From the NCBI GenBank assembly GCA_947626115.1, contig CANQQX010000001.1:10000-73999 (forward strand): DNA of 64,000 nt, read 5' to 3'. The DNA is from an uncultured Bacilli bacterium (lineage in GTDB: Bacteria > Bacillota_I > Bacilli_A > RF39 > UBA660). The number at the start of each line of letters is the position of its first letter. Position 1 is the stretch's first letter. Below, one piece after another: positions 9,207 through 19,169 of the stretch. Position numbers and translations under genes: made by a program. The notes beneath the pieces are model-generated. The model did not search any database, had not been told where the DNA came from, and saw nothing but the letters and a program-made list of their open reading frames with translations.

Positions 9207-10086
9207 TATCAAGTAATTTTATTAATTTAATAAATTCTTTAATATCTTTTTTATTATTAATAACTTGATAAGCATTTTTATTTAATTTTAAGGCAATTTT
9301 ATAAGCAATATCATGTAATTCTTTTAAAGAAAAATTATATATTTCATCTTTATTTCTAGGATTATACCAATTATTTTTATCTCTATTTAATAATTCTTCT
9401 CTAAAGCCTTTATTATAAAATGTTGTTTCACTAAATTTAACTTCATTATTTGGAAATAAAATATCGACAATTTTATATAATTTAGATTTAATGCCATGAA
9501 TATCAGTAATAAAATAGCGATAAATATAATAACCAGTATTATGTGATTTATTCATTATTTTGCCAATATTATTTTCTTCATAAGTATTTAAAAATACATA
9601 ATTAATAGTATTTTTTAAATTATCAGTAAATTTTAATTTAGGAATTAAAATTTTATATAATTTATTGTGCCATTTATCATGATATAAATTATCATAAATA
9701 TAGAAGTCTAGTAAAAATTCTATTTTACCATGGGGTATATTTAAATTATTTACTTGATAATTTATATAAGGATGCATTATTGTATCTAAAGTTAAATGAT
9801 TAATAAAACCATATAACATATTAGTAACACTAGAATCATTTTGTAAATTATTATCTTTTATATAAGTAATTAAATTAGTAAAAAATTTATCTAAATTCTT
9901 TTTATGACATCTTACCCCTAACTTACGATAGTAATCCCATTTATAAGGATAATAATATAAATTATCAAATCCTTGATTAAACATATCAAAATATTTAATA
10001 TTACTATTAATACTTTTTTGCTCATCTTTATTTAAATTATCTAATACATTATGACCAAATTTATAATGAAAATATAATGTTGGCAT
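9181..10086 (-). CDS. Hypothetical protein (His-rich N-terminus; function unknown)
   Basis: 301-aa ORF on the minus strand, convergent with the amidase. No confident motif. Confidence 0.4.
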   Translation of the reverse strand: MPTLYFHYKFGHNVLDNLNKDEQKSINSNIKYFDMFNQGFDNLYYYPYKWDYYRKLGVRCHKKNLDKFFTNLITYIKDNNLQNDSSVTNMLYGFINHLTLDTIMHPYINYQVNNLNIPHGKIEFLLDFYIYDNLYHDKWHNKLYKILIPKLKFTDNLKNTINYVFLNTYEENNIGKIMNKSHNTGYYIYRYFITDIHGIKSKLYKIVDILFPNNEVKFSETTFYNKGFREELLNRDKNNWYNPRNKDEIYNFSLKELHDIAYKIALKLNKNAYQVINNKKDIKEFIKLIKLLDIKNIQELL

Positions 10087-10117
10087 TTAAATCACCTAGA
10101 ATATTATAACAAATTTC

Positions 10118-10148
<31 letters not shown>

Positions 10149-10213
10149 ACAACAAAAATAGATATATTTATCTTGTTTCTTATGATATAATTTAAATTGT
10201 AGGTGAATAACAT

Positions 10214-11149
10214 ATGGGGTCTAAAACATTTAAAACATTAGATGAGCAAATTGAATTATTAAAAAGTAAGGGACTCGTAATTGATGATATAGATTATGCG
10301 AAAGAGATTCTTTTAAGAGAAAATTATTTCTTTTTAAGTGGCTATAGACATTTATTTCTAAAAGATGATGGTTCGCGTAAATTTATACCAAATACCAATT
10401 TTAGAGAATTATATGGTCTATTTTATTTTGATAGACAATTAAGAAACATTTTATTTAAAAATATTTTAATTGTGGAAAACAACCTTAAAAGTATTCTATC
10501 TTATGTAATGAGTAAAAATCATGGCTTTAAAGAACAGCACTATTTAAATGCGAAGAATTTTACGCAAGATGCTAGTAAATCAAGGCAAATAAATGATTTA
10601 CTAAGGAAGATGAAAAGGCAAATTAATGTTAATGGTAAACAACATACGGCAACTAGCCATTATATATCTAATTATGGTTATATTCCTTTATGGGTAGTTG
10701 TTAAAGTTTTATCATTTGGTATTGTGGGTGAACTTTATTCCGTACTGCAAAAAGAAGATCAAAATGAAATTGCAGATATTTATGATGTATCTGTTCGTAA
10801 TCTAATTGATTATTTTCCAATACTAGCAAATTATCGTAATTTATGTGCGCATGAAGATTTATGTTTCAATAATACTACACATAAAAATATTGAAAATACT
10901 AAATATCATGATTTATTAAATATCCCCAAAAATGAAGAAGATGAATATATTTATGGTTTAAATGATTTATTTGCTATTATAATAATTATGAAGCAAATCT
11001 TACAAAGAGATGATTTTACTTTAATGATGAATGAAATAAGTTATGAACTTGACGTACTTGATGGTAGATTAAAAACAATTGAAATAAGTAAAGTATTAAA
11101 GGAAATGGGATTTCCAGAAAATTATAAAGAAATTGTGAGGGTGAATTAA
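10214..11149 (+). CDS. Abi-like abortive-infection protein (Abi_2 / AbiD-AbiF family)
   Basis: The N-terminus TLDEQIELLKSKGLVIDD...ENYFFLSGYRHLF is the characteristic opening of Abi_2 proteins. 311 aa. Confidence 0.75.
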   Translation: MGSKTFKTLDEQIELLKSKGLVIDDIDYAKEILLRENYFFLSGYRHLFLKDDGSRKFIPNTNFRELYGLFYFDRQLRNILFKNILIVENNLKSILSYVMSKNHGFKEQHYLNAKNFTQDASKSRQINDLLRKMKRQINVNGKQHTATSHYISNYGYIPLWVVVKVLSFGIVGELYSVLQKEDQNEIADIYDVSVRNLIDYFPILANYRNLCAHEDLCFNNTTHKNIENTKYHDLLNIPKNEEDEYIYGLNDLFAIIIIMKQILQRDDFTLMMNEISYELDVLDGRLKTIEISKVLKEMGFPENYKEIVRVN

Positions 11150-11150
11150 A

Positions 11151-12275
11151 ATGAAACAAAATTCTGATAAAAAAACAAGAGCTGTTGTCTATACTATATT
11201 AATTTTATTACTAGGGGCTTTTCTAGCTTATGGAGTAATTTATAAATTTCCAACATTATTCCAAGAGACTATAACTAAAATTGAAAGAGATGTTACTGTT
11301 ACTGATAAGGGAATAGCTGATGCTGTTGAAAAAGTTTATGATGCGGTTGTTGTAGTATCTAATTATAAAGGTGATACTCCTTATGCATCTGGTAGTGGCT
11401 TTGTTTATAAAAGTGATGATAAAAACTTTTATATTATAACTAATCATCATGTTGTATCTGGTGGTGATAATTTTAAAATAACTTATAGTGATGGATCAAC
11501 TGAAGAGGCAACCTTACTTGGTGGTGATATCTATGCTGATATAGCCATATTAAAATCAAAAGTAAAAAAAGATGTTGAACCAGTTAGTATTGGTAAAACA
11601 GAAAGTTTAAGAGTAGGTGATACGACATTTACAGTTGGAGCTCCTTTAGCAGATACTTATTCTTGGACAGTTACAAGAGGAATTATTTCTGGTAAAGAAA
11701 GACTTGTTGAGGTTGAGGTAGAAACTGATGATGGTAAAAAAGCACCTTATATTATGAATGTTCTTCAAACTGATGCTGCTGTTAACAGCGGTAACTCAGG
11801 TGGACCTTTGTGTGATTCTAATGGTGAGGTAATCGGCGTAATTTCTGCTAAAATAAGTTCAACTGGTGTTGAAGGTATGGGCTTTGCTATACCGGTAGAA
11901 GTAGCAGTTGAAAAAGCAGAACAAGTAATAAATGGAGATGCTACTGATTATCCAACAATTGGTGCATTTATGTATGATATAGAAGAAGCTTTAAGTGATT
12001 TTAGATATTCAAGCTATGTAAGAAGATATAATTTTACATCTGGTGCATTTATCATTGGTGTTGAATATAATAGTCCTGCATCTAAGGCTGGTTTACAAGA
12101 AGGGGATGTCATTATAAAAGTAAATGATAAAGAAATAAGCAATGTTGCATACTTTAGATATGAACTTTATAAACATAAAATAGGTGATACTCTTGAGGTT
12201 ACTTATTTAAGAGAAGGCAAAGAAAAGAAAGCATCAATTAAATTAACTGTAAATAAAAGTAGTATTTTAGGGTGA
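11151..12275 (+). CDS. htrA: HtrA/DegP-family serine protease with C-terminal PDZ domain
   Basis: N-terminal TM anchor, trypsin-fold motifs (HHVV, GNSGGPL) and a PDZ-like C-terminus. Confidence 0.9.
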   Translation: MKQNSDKKTRAVVYTILILLLGAFLAYGVIYKFPTLFQETITKIERDVTVTDKGIADAVEKVYDAVVVVSNYKGDTPYASGSGFVYKSDDKNFYIITNHHVVSGGDNFKITYSDGSTEEATLLGGDIYADIAILKSKVKKDVEPVSIGKTESLRVGDTTFTVGAPLADTYSWTVTRGIISGKERLVEVEVETDDGKKAPYIMNVLQTDAAVNSGNSGGPLCDSNGEVIGVISAKISSTGVEGMGFAIPVEVAVEKAEQVINGDATDYPTIGAFMYDIEEALSDFRYSSYVRRYNFTSGAFIIGVEYNSPASKAGLQEGDVIIKVNDKEISNVAYFRYELYKHKIGDTLEVTYLREGKEKKASIKLTVNKSSILG

Positions 12276-12280
12276 TGTAA

Positions 12281-12901
12281 ATGGAAACGGTTCAATCATC
12301 AAAAAGAATAATGGCCTTTTTACTTGATATATTACTTGTATTCTTTCTTGCATCTTTAGTAACAAGTATTCATTTTATTAATCCTTATTATAAAAAATAT
12401 GAAGAATCTTTTGAAAAATATAGTGAAGTAACAAATAATTATTTAGAAGAAAAAATAAGTGAAAAAGAATTTTTAAAATTAAATTATGTCAATTATTATA
12501 ATGTATCACGATTTAGTGTTCCTTATAATATTGCTATAGTAGTTATCTTAATTTTATATTTTGCTGCTTTTCAAAAGTTTAATAATGGTCAAACAATGGG
12601 TAAACAAATTATGAAAATAAAAGTTGTAAATAATGATGATGATAAAGATGTATCATTTCTAAAATATTTACTTAGAAGTTTACCAATATATTATATTTCT
12701 ATTGGTTCAATAATACCACTTTTGTTAAATTCATTAATACTACTATTTGTTAAAGGTAAAATATATTATATAGTAAGTACTTGTATTAATTATGCTTTTG
12801 TTATTCTTGGTTTAATTACATTAGTTGTAATGCTATCAAGAAAAGACAAAAGAGGATTACATGATTTAATGGCAGGTACCAAAGTCATAGAAATTAAATA
12901 G
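12281..12901 (+). CDS. RDD family membrane protein
   Basis: Opens RIMAFLLDILLV and ends KRGLHDLMAGTKV with the conserved R/D/D positions. Multiple TM segments. Confidence 0.7.
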   Translation: METVQSSKRIMAFLLDILLVFFLASLVTSIHFINPYYKKYEESFEKYSEVTNNYLEEKISEKEFLKLNYVNYYNVSRFSVPYNIAIVVILILYFAAFQKFNNGQTMGKQIMKIKVVNNDDDKDVSFLKYLLRSLPIYYISIGSIIPLLLNSLILLFVKGKIYYIVSTCINYAFVILGLITLVVMLSRKDKRGLHDLMAGTKVIEIK

Positions 12902-12930
12902 AAGCAAGTTATTTTGCTTCTATTTTTATA
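12900..12930. terminator. Bidirectional terminator hairpin between convergent genes
   Basis: AGAAGCAA-gttatt-TTGCTTCT with T-rich flanks on both strands. The stop codons of both the RDD gene and srtB lie inside the hairpin. Confidence 0.6.
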
Positions 12931-14069
12931 AGTTTAGCATGAACTACTAATTTTTTAGCACTACCATGGCAAGTAGATAAGGTAAGAGTTTTATCACTAG
13001 TAGTAACAGTAGTATTAAAATCAGCAATAGATCTACCTTTAACTAAATCAATAAATGTTTGATATTCTTCATCACTGGCAAATTCAGTTTGAATATAATC
13101 ACTTGTAGTTTCCAGAGTATAAACACTATAAATTTGCCATAAAGTATTATATTTTTCTGATGACATTTTAATAATTCTATTATCTTCTGTATTATACCAG
13201 CTTCTTGATAATAAATTTTTTAAAGTACCAAACATAGTTTGATTTTTCATATTGTGGCCATAAATAATAGTATTTCTACCATAGTCATCTTTGCTATTAC
13301 GATAATCCATAAATAGCCAACCACCACTATTTTTAGTTTTATCAAAGGAATGATTTAAATAATAATCGTTATCACTAGTTTGAACTACCGGGTAATTTAC
13401 ATTAGTACCACCCACAAATAACCATGCTACTGTATCACTGTTAGTTTTTTTAAGTGAATCAAAATTAACATCAATTAATTTCATTTTTATAAAATTCCAA
13501 TAAGGCGTGTTTGGTTTTTCATCGCTTTTAACTATTTCTGCTTCATCACTTTCATACTCATTTACTTCAGTAGTATCATTTATTTCCTTTATTAAATCTT
13601 TTGTTTTTGGTGTTTCAATAAGATAATTTATAATTTTATAGGTAGAAAAAACTAGTACAGGAATCATAATTAAAAGAATTATAAGACTTATTAATTTTCC
13701 TTTATTAAGTTTTTTTCTTTTAGTTTTTTCTTTATTATGATTATCTTCTTTTTGGCTATTTGTTATCTCTTGTTTTATTTTTATATCATTATTATCATTT
13801 TTAATGTTTTTTATTTGTTTTTCTTCTTCATTTGTTATTAATTTTTTTTCATTTAGTTTATTTTCTTTTTTGACAAAGTTTAAATCTTCTTTTTTAATAA
13901 TACTATCTTTTTTTAATTCATGATTTTCTACTAATTTTACAATATCATCTAAAGTTATAGTATAAATAGACTTATCGTTTTTATTTTTATATTCATCTTT
14001 TAATTTAGGCAATTCAATATTATCTTTTTCATTTTTTACCCTTTTTATATCACTCATTTGAACCACCAC
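12909..14069 (-). CDS. srtB: Class B sortase
   Basis: Catalytic motifs IIYGHN and TLTLSTC (TLXTC) and a conserved Arg region. Carries a roughly 120-aa Lys/Glu/Asn-rich N-terminal extension before the TM anchor. Confidence 0.8.
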   Translation of the reverse strand: MVVQMSDIKRVKNEKDNIELPKLKDEYKNKNDKSIYTITLDDIVKLVENHELKKDSIIKKEDLNFVKKENKLNEKKLITNEEEKQIKNIKNDNNDIKIKQEITNSQKEDNHNKEKTKRKKLNKGKLISLIILLIMIPVLVFSTYKIINYLIETPKTKDLIKEINDTTEVNEYESDEAEIVKSDEKPNTPYWNFIKMKLIDVNFDSLKKTNSDTVAWLFVGGTNVNYPVVQTSDNDYYLNHSFDKTKNSGGWLFMDYRNSKDDYGRNTIIYGHNMKNQTMFGTLKNLLSRSWYNTEDNRIIKMSSEKYNTLWQIYSVYTLETTSDYIQTEFASDEEYQTFIDLVKGRSIADFNTTVTTSDKTLTLSTCHGSAKKLVVHAKLIKIEAK

Positions 14070-14158
14070 TTATATTATACATTATTTTAATTAAAATTAG
14101 TAGAAGTTATTTGTCATACTATTAATATTTTGATAAAATTAATATGAATGGAGGATTT

Positions 14159-15886
14159 ATGAAAAAATTTTATAGTATAATTGAGAATAAAATAAAAGAT
14201 GCTTTAAATAAATGTAATTATCAAGTAGATAATGTTATAGTAAGTGAATCTAATCGTCCTGATTTAGGAGAGTATCAATATAATGGAATAATGTCTCTTG
14301 CTAAAATTTATCATAAAAATCCGGTAGAAATAGCTAGTGAAATAGTAAATGTATTAAAACAAGATGATTTTTTTCATGATGTTAATGTTGCTGGTCCTGG
14401 TTTTATTAATATGTCTATTAGTGATGAAGCTTTAATAGATTTTACTAATTTAGATGATTACGAATATCCCAAGAATGATAAATTAATTTTCTTTGATTAT
14501 GGGGGCGCTAATGTGGCTAAAAGTTTACATGTTGGTCATTTAAGAAGTGCTAATATTGGCGAAGCTTTAAAAAGATTATGTGAATATCTTGGCTATAAAA
14601 CTATATCTGATACTCATTTAGGTGATTGGGGGCGCCCTTTAGGTTTAGTAATTTATGAATTATCTTTAAGATATCCAGATTGGCCATTTTTTCAAGAAAA
14701 TTATGTAGGTGAATATCCTAAAGTAGATATTACTAGTGAACTTTTAGAAGAAGTTTATCCCTTTGCATCAATTAGAGCTAAAGAAGATGAAGAGTATTTA
14801 AAGATGGCTCAAAGTATGACAAAGAGACTGCAAAATAAAGAAAAAGGTATTTATGATTTATGGCTGCAAATAATGGATGTATCAAAGAAAGATATTAAAA
14901 ATATTTATGATAGATTAAATGCTAAATTTGATTTATATAAAGGAGAAAGTAATGCAGAAGATTATGTCCCAGAATTACTTGAATATTTAGATAAACTAGA
15001 TATTGTGAAAGAAAGCAAAGGTGCTAAAGTAATTGATGTCAAAGAAGATACAGATACTAAAGAAATGCCACCGATGTTACTAATTAAATCTGATGGTGGT
15101 CTTCTTTATAGTACGACAGAACTTGCTACTATTTATGATCGCATTAAAAACTATCATCCCAATGAAATATGGTATATTGCAGACAAAAGACAAGAATTGC
15201 ATTTTACCCAAGTATTTCGAGCAGCATATAAAGCTAATATAATAAAGAATGAAAAACTAGTATTTGCAGGATTTGGCACAATGAATGGTAAAGATGGGAA
15301 ACCATTCAAAACTCGCGATGGTGGCGTAATGCGTCTTATTGATTTACTAGATTCAGTAAAGAGTGAATGCCTAAAGAGATTAAATCCGGAAATAAAAGAT
15401 AATCGTGATGAGATTGCTGATAAACTGGCAATTGCCACAATAAAATATGCCGATATGTTACCAAGTCGTGAAACAGATTATAATTTTGATTTAGAAAAGT
15501 TTTGTGATTTAGAGGGTAAAACTGGCCCTTATATTGTATACTCTACTATTAGAATGAAATCACTTTTAAATAAAGTAAATGAAAGCAATATAAATTGTTC
15601 AAAATTAAAAGTAATAGTTAATGAATATGATAGAGCTTTATTATTATCATTAAATAAATTAGACAATGTCTTGAATAATGCATTTAATGATAAATCGTTA
15701 AATGCTATAACAGATTATCTTTATGAATTATCAACTAATTTTAATCGTTTTTATACAGAATGTCATGTTTTAAATGAAAGCGATAAAAATAAACAAGAAT
15801 CATGGGCATATTTAACAAGTATAGTTTACAAAGTAAATAAAATATTATTAGATATATTAGCAATAGATATACCTGATAGAATGTAA
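14159..15886 (+). CDS. argS: Arginine--tRNA ligase
   Basis: HVGHLRS class-I signature, GPGFINM, and a C-terminal DALR-type anticodon-binding region. RBS ggagg before the ATG at 14159. Confidence 0.9.
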   Translation: MKKFYSIIENKIKDALNKCNYQVDNVIVSESNRPDLGEYQYNGIMSLAKIYHKNPVEIASEIVNVLKQDDFFHDVNVAGPGFINMSISDEALIDFTNLDDYEYPKNDKLIFFDYGGANVAKSLHVGHLRSANIGEALKRLCEYLGYKTISDTHLGDWGRPLGLVIYELSLRYPDWPFFQENYVGEYPKVDITSELLEEVYPFASIRAKEDEEYLKMAQSMTKRLQNKEKGIYDLWLQIMDVSKKDIKNIYDRLNAKFDLYKGESNAEDYVPELLEYLDKLDIVKESKGAKVIDVKEDTDTKEMPPMLLIKSDGGLLYSTTELATIYDRIKNYHPNEIWYIADKRQELHFTQVFRAAYKANIIKNEKLVFAGFGTMNGKDGKPFKTRDGGVMRLIDLLDSVKSECLKRLNPEIKDNRDEIADKLAIATIKYADMLPSRETDYNFDLEKFCDLEGKTGPYIVYSTIRMKSLLNKVNESNINCSKLKVIVNEYDRALLLSLNKLDNVLNNAFNDKSLNAITDYLYELSTNFNRFYTECHVLNESDKNKQESWAYLTSIVYKVNKILLDILAIDIPDRM

Positions 15887-15888
15887 AA

Positions 15889-15920
15889 ACTGATAGAAAA
15901 TTCTCTATCAGTTATTTTTC
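15889..15920. terminator. Bidirectional terminator hairpin (argS / fem-like gene)
   Basis: ACTGATAGA-aaattc-TCTATCAGT followed by a T-run. The stop codon of the minus-strand gene lies inside the stem. Confidence 0.6.
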
Positions 15921-17162
15921 TTGTTTTATATCTTTTTTATCAAATGTTTTAGCTAATATACCATTTCTTAAAAGTATTTCATAACTTTTTGGTTCAACAA
16001 TTAAATCAAATTCGCCAATAAATTCATATATTCTAGGATTAAATCCTAATTTAAATCTATTTAAACCACTATAGGGATTTTCTACTTCAAAATTACCTAC
16101 AACTCCATTAAGATCTAAATAATCATATTTATCTTGATAGTATTTAATAATGCTATAATGAAGAAAATAATTAGGAGCAAATCTTTTATAATTCTTATCG
16201 AAAGCACTAAATACAATACTAACCATATTATTATGTTTAATAACTAAAGCTCCAGCTAAATATACTTTGTTATTATCAGCAATTCCTTTAGTAGCTTCCA
16301 TAATATCATTTTTATACGATAATAATACTTTATCACTATTCATTTTTGCATTAATTACTTTTTCACTATTATTATTGGCAAGTTTTGTATTTAATTTATT
16401 ATTTCTATTTGTTTCTTCATCATAAATATACTGACTATTTTGTAAAAAAGCATTATAATCAATAGATACTAAAAATAAATCAATATTATCGTCTTTAGAA
16501 AAGACAGTATAATAATCTTGATAATAATATTCATTATTATCTTTTTTATTTTTCATTAAATTATAAAATTCTTTAATTTTATCTTTATCAACTAATTCAA
16601 ATTGTAAACCTTTTCTAATAGCTTTTTTAATTTTATTTTTAGTATTTTTATTAAGTTTTTCTGAAGTATAATTTTTTAAATCGATAAAAGCATTGAATCT
16701 AGGAAGTTGAGCTTCAAAATATAAATTATCTGCTAATTTTTTATAGCCATTATTTTCTAAAATATTTATAATCTTTTTATTTTCATTATAAGTTATTATA
16801 AAATTATTAGTATCTATTTCGCCAATTGGTAAATTAGGATTTATTTTAATAAAAATAACATTTTTTTCATAGTAATATTCTTTTAATTTAGTAGTAAATT
16901 CTCTTACTAATTTTAAATTATTATAATCTATTAAAAATCCTCTTGGAGCATAGCCATAAAAACATTTAATACCGATTGGCTTAATTAAAATTAAAGAAGC
17001 CGCAACTATATTGTTATTTTCATCTACCATACCAATTAAATCATAATCATAATCTACTTCAGCCATTAACATTCCATAGTTAACAGTTTGGTAAAAATTA
17101 GATAATAAATGATTTTTTTGATAATTAGTAAATTCTTCAATACTAAGGATACGTAAATTCAT
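15912..17162 (-). CDS. FemAB-family aminoacyltransferase (peptidoglycan interpeptide bridge formation)
   Basis: 416 aa, with a FemABX-like length and N-terminal pattern (LSIEEFTNYQK...YQTVNYG). Confidence 0.6.
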   Translation of the reverse strand: MNLRILSIEEFTNYQKNHLLSNFYQTVNYGMLMAEVDYDYDLIGMVDENNNIVAASLILIKPIGIKCFYGYAPRGFLIDYNNLKLVREFTTKLKEYYYEKNVIFIKINPNLPIGEIDTNNFIITYNENKKIINILENNGYKKLADNLYFEAQLPRFNAFIDLKNYTSEKLNKNTKNKIKKAIRKGLQFELVDKDKIKEFYNLMKNKKDNNEYYYQDYYTVFSKDDNIDLFLVSIDYNAFLQNSQYIYDEETNRNNKLNTKLANNNSEKVINAKMNSDKVLLSYKNDIMEATKGIADNNKVYLAGALVIKHNNMVSIVFSAFDKNYKRFAPNYFLHYSIIKYYQDKYDYLDLNGVVGNFEVENPYSGLNRFKLGFNPRIYEFIGEFDLIVEPKSYEILLRNGILAKTFDKKDIKQEK

Positions 17163-17252
17163 ACTTCATCTTCCTTTTTCTGAGTAATTATTATAACATA
17201 TATTTCTTGAATTATAAAGAAAATATTAGTATAATTTAAGTAGGGTGATGTT

Positions 17253-17804
17253 ATGTTTAGTAAAATACTTGGAGAAGTGAAAGGAATTTTTAATATTATA
17301 ACTTTAGCAGAAATGATTGATGCTTTAATTTATGTTATTATTGGTTTAATATTTTTTGTAAATCCAGCATTAAGTTTTACATTAGTAGCCATTATAACAG
17401 GAATAGTATTAATTATAAATGGAGTAATATCTATATGTTCTTATTTTAAAAGAGCTAATATTGATTTATATAATTATAATTTAATATTTGGTATTTTGTT
17501 AATAATTGTAGGTATAGCTACTTTATTTATGGATTATTTATTAGCTATTACTTTAGGTATTTATTTAATTGTTAGTGGCCTTCAAAAAGGAGCATATGGT
17601 ATACTTTTAAAGAAATTTAATGATTCAAGTTGGTTAACAGTACTAATTATTGGTGTTTTATTTGTGGTACTAGGTATTATAACAATATTTACTAGTCCTG
17701 ATGCAGCAGTTAAAGTAGCAGGTATTTGTTTACTAGGTTATGGTTTAATTGATTTTATCAATACTCTATTACTTCGAAGAAGAGCACAATACTTTTTAAA
17801 ATAA
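17253..17804 (+). CDS. DUF308/HdeD-like membrane protein
   Basis: Four paired TM helices with Gly-rich repeats. Has a paralog at 28958. Confidence 0.5.
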   Translation: MFSKILGEVKGIFNIITLAEMIDALIYVIIGLIFFVNPALSFTLVAIITGIVLIINGVISICSYFKRANIDLYNYNLIFGILLIIVGIATLFMDYLLAITLGIYLIVSGLQKGAYGILLKKFNDSSWLTVLIIGVLFVVLGIITIFTSPDAAVKVAGICLLGYGLIDFINTLLLRRRAQYFLK

Positions 17805-17805
17805 G

Positions 17806-17837
17806 TAAACTAGATGTGTCAAACATCTAGTTTTTTA
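17806..17837 (+). terminator. Rho-independent terminator
   Basis: AACTAGATGT-gtcaa-ACATCTAGTT followed by T6. Confidence 0.7.
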
Positions 17838-17888
17838 TTGTTAAAGAATTAGTTATTGGTTATACTAAAATTATAAAGGTGGTAGTGT

Positions 17889-19118
17889 ATGAATATTAAG
17901 GAAATAGTGGCTAGAGAGATACTTGATAGTAGGGGTAATCCCACTATTGAAGTAGAAATGACTTTAGCAAATAATATAAAAGCTGTGGCTAGTGTACCAA
18001 GTGGGGCGTCAACTGGTTCAAAAGAAGCACTTGAACTAAGAGATAATGATTTAGGAAGATATCATGGTAAAGGTGTTTTAAAAGCTGTTGAAAATGTTAA
18101 TACAGTAATTAGAAATGCTTTAATTGGGCAAAAGTTAGATCAAGTATTTGTTGATAAAACTTTACTTAAATTAGATGGAACACCAAATAAAAGTAAACTT
18201 GGGGCTAATGCCATGTTGGCTGTATCTTTAGCTAGTTTAAAATGTCTTGCTAAACTTCAAAATAAAGAATTATATGAGTATGTAACTTATGGTAAAGTAA
18301 GTTTGCCAATACCGATGATTAATATTGTTAATGGTGGCGTTCATGCTGATAATAATTTAGATATTCAAGAATTTATGATTGTGCCAATCATGAAAGGTGA
18401 AGCAAGAAGAATTGAATGTGCTAGTGAAATATTTCATACATTAAAAAGCATTTTAAAAAAGAAGGGTTATAGTACTGGTGTTGGTGATGAAGGCGGATTT
18501 GCTCCCAATTTAAGTAAAACTACAGAAGCACTAGATTTAATAATGGAAGCAATTAATGAATCAAATTATCATCCTGGTAAAGATGTTTTAATTGCCCTAG
18601 ATGTAGCAGCATCTGAACTTTATGATAAAAATAAAAATGTTTATAAAATTGATGGTAAAGAATTATCTAGCAATGATTTAATTAAATATTACGTTAATTT
18701 AGTTAGAAATTATCCAATTATTAGCATTGAAGATCCTTTCTATGAAAATGATTTAGAAAGTTTTGGCGTTTTAACTAAATTAATTGGTGATAAAATTATG
18801 CTAGTTGGTGATGATTATTTTTGTACTAATGCAACCCTTTTAGAAGCTGGTATTAAAGTGGGTGCTGGTAATGCTATCTTACTTAAAGCAAATCAAATTG
18901 GTACAATTTCGGAAATGACCAAAACAATAATTACTGCCAAGAAAAATGGCTATAAAACAGTTATTTCTCATCGTAGTGGTGAAACTGAAGATACCTTTAT
19001 TGCTGACCTTGCCGTAGGTTTTGGCATTCCGTTTATAAAAACAGGTTCAGTTTGCAGGGGTGAGCGAATCGCTAAATATAATCGTTTAATGAAAATTGAA
19101 GCAGAATTAAATAAATAA
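17889..19118 (+). CDS. eno: Enolase
   Basis: ILDSRGNPTIEVE N-terminus, with conserved enolase sequence throughout. Confidence 0.95.
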   Translation: MNIKEIVAREILDSRGNPTIEVEMTLANNIKAVASVPSGASTGSKEALELRDNDLGRYHGKGVLKAVENVNTVIRNALIGQKLDQVFVDKTLLKLDGTPNKSKLGANAMLAVSLASLKCLAKLQNKELYEYVTYGKVSLPIPMINIVNGGVHADNNLDIQEFMIVPIMKGEARRIECASEIFHTLKSILKKKGYSTGVGDEGGFAPNLSKTTEALDLIMEAINESNYHPGKDVLIALDVAASELYDKNKNVYKIDGKELSSNDLIKYYVNLVRNYPIISIEDPFYENDLESFGVLTKLIGDKIMLVGDDYFCTNATLLEAGIKVGAGNAILLKANQIGTISEMTKTIITAKKNGYKTVISHRSGETEDTFIADLAVGFGIPFIKTGSVCRGERIAKYNRLMKIEAELNK

Positions 19119-19142
19119 CGACTAGTTTTTCTAGTCTTTTTA
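19119..19142 (+). terminator. Rho-independent terminator after eno
   Basis: GACTAG-ttttt-CTAGTC followed by T5. Confidence 0.7.
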
Positions 19143-19169
19143 TTTTATAATTTTATTAGGTGATTTAAA

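Noticed and set aside
14070-14158. Possible T-box leader upstream of argS
   Set aside because: The intergenic region is only about 90 nt and contains no T-box consensus (AATTAGGGTGGTACCGCG-like) or specifier-loop structure.
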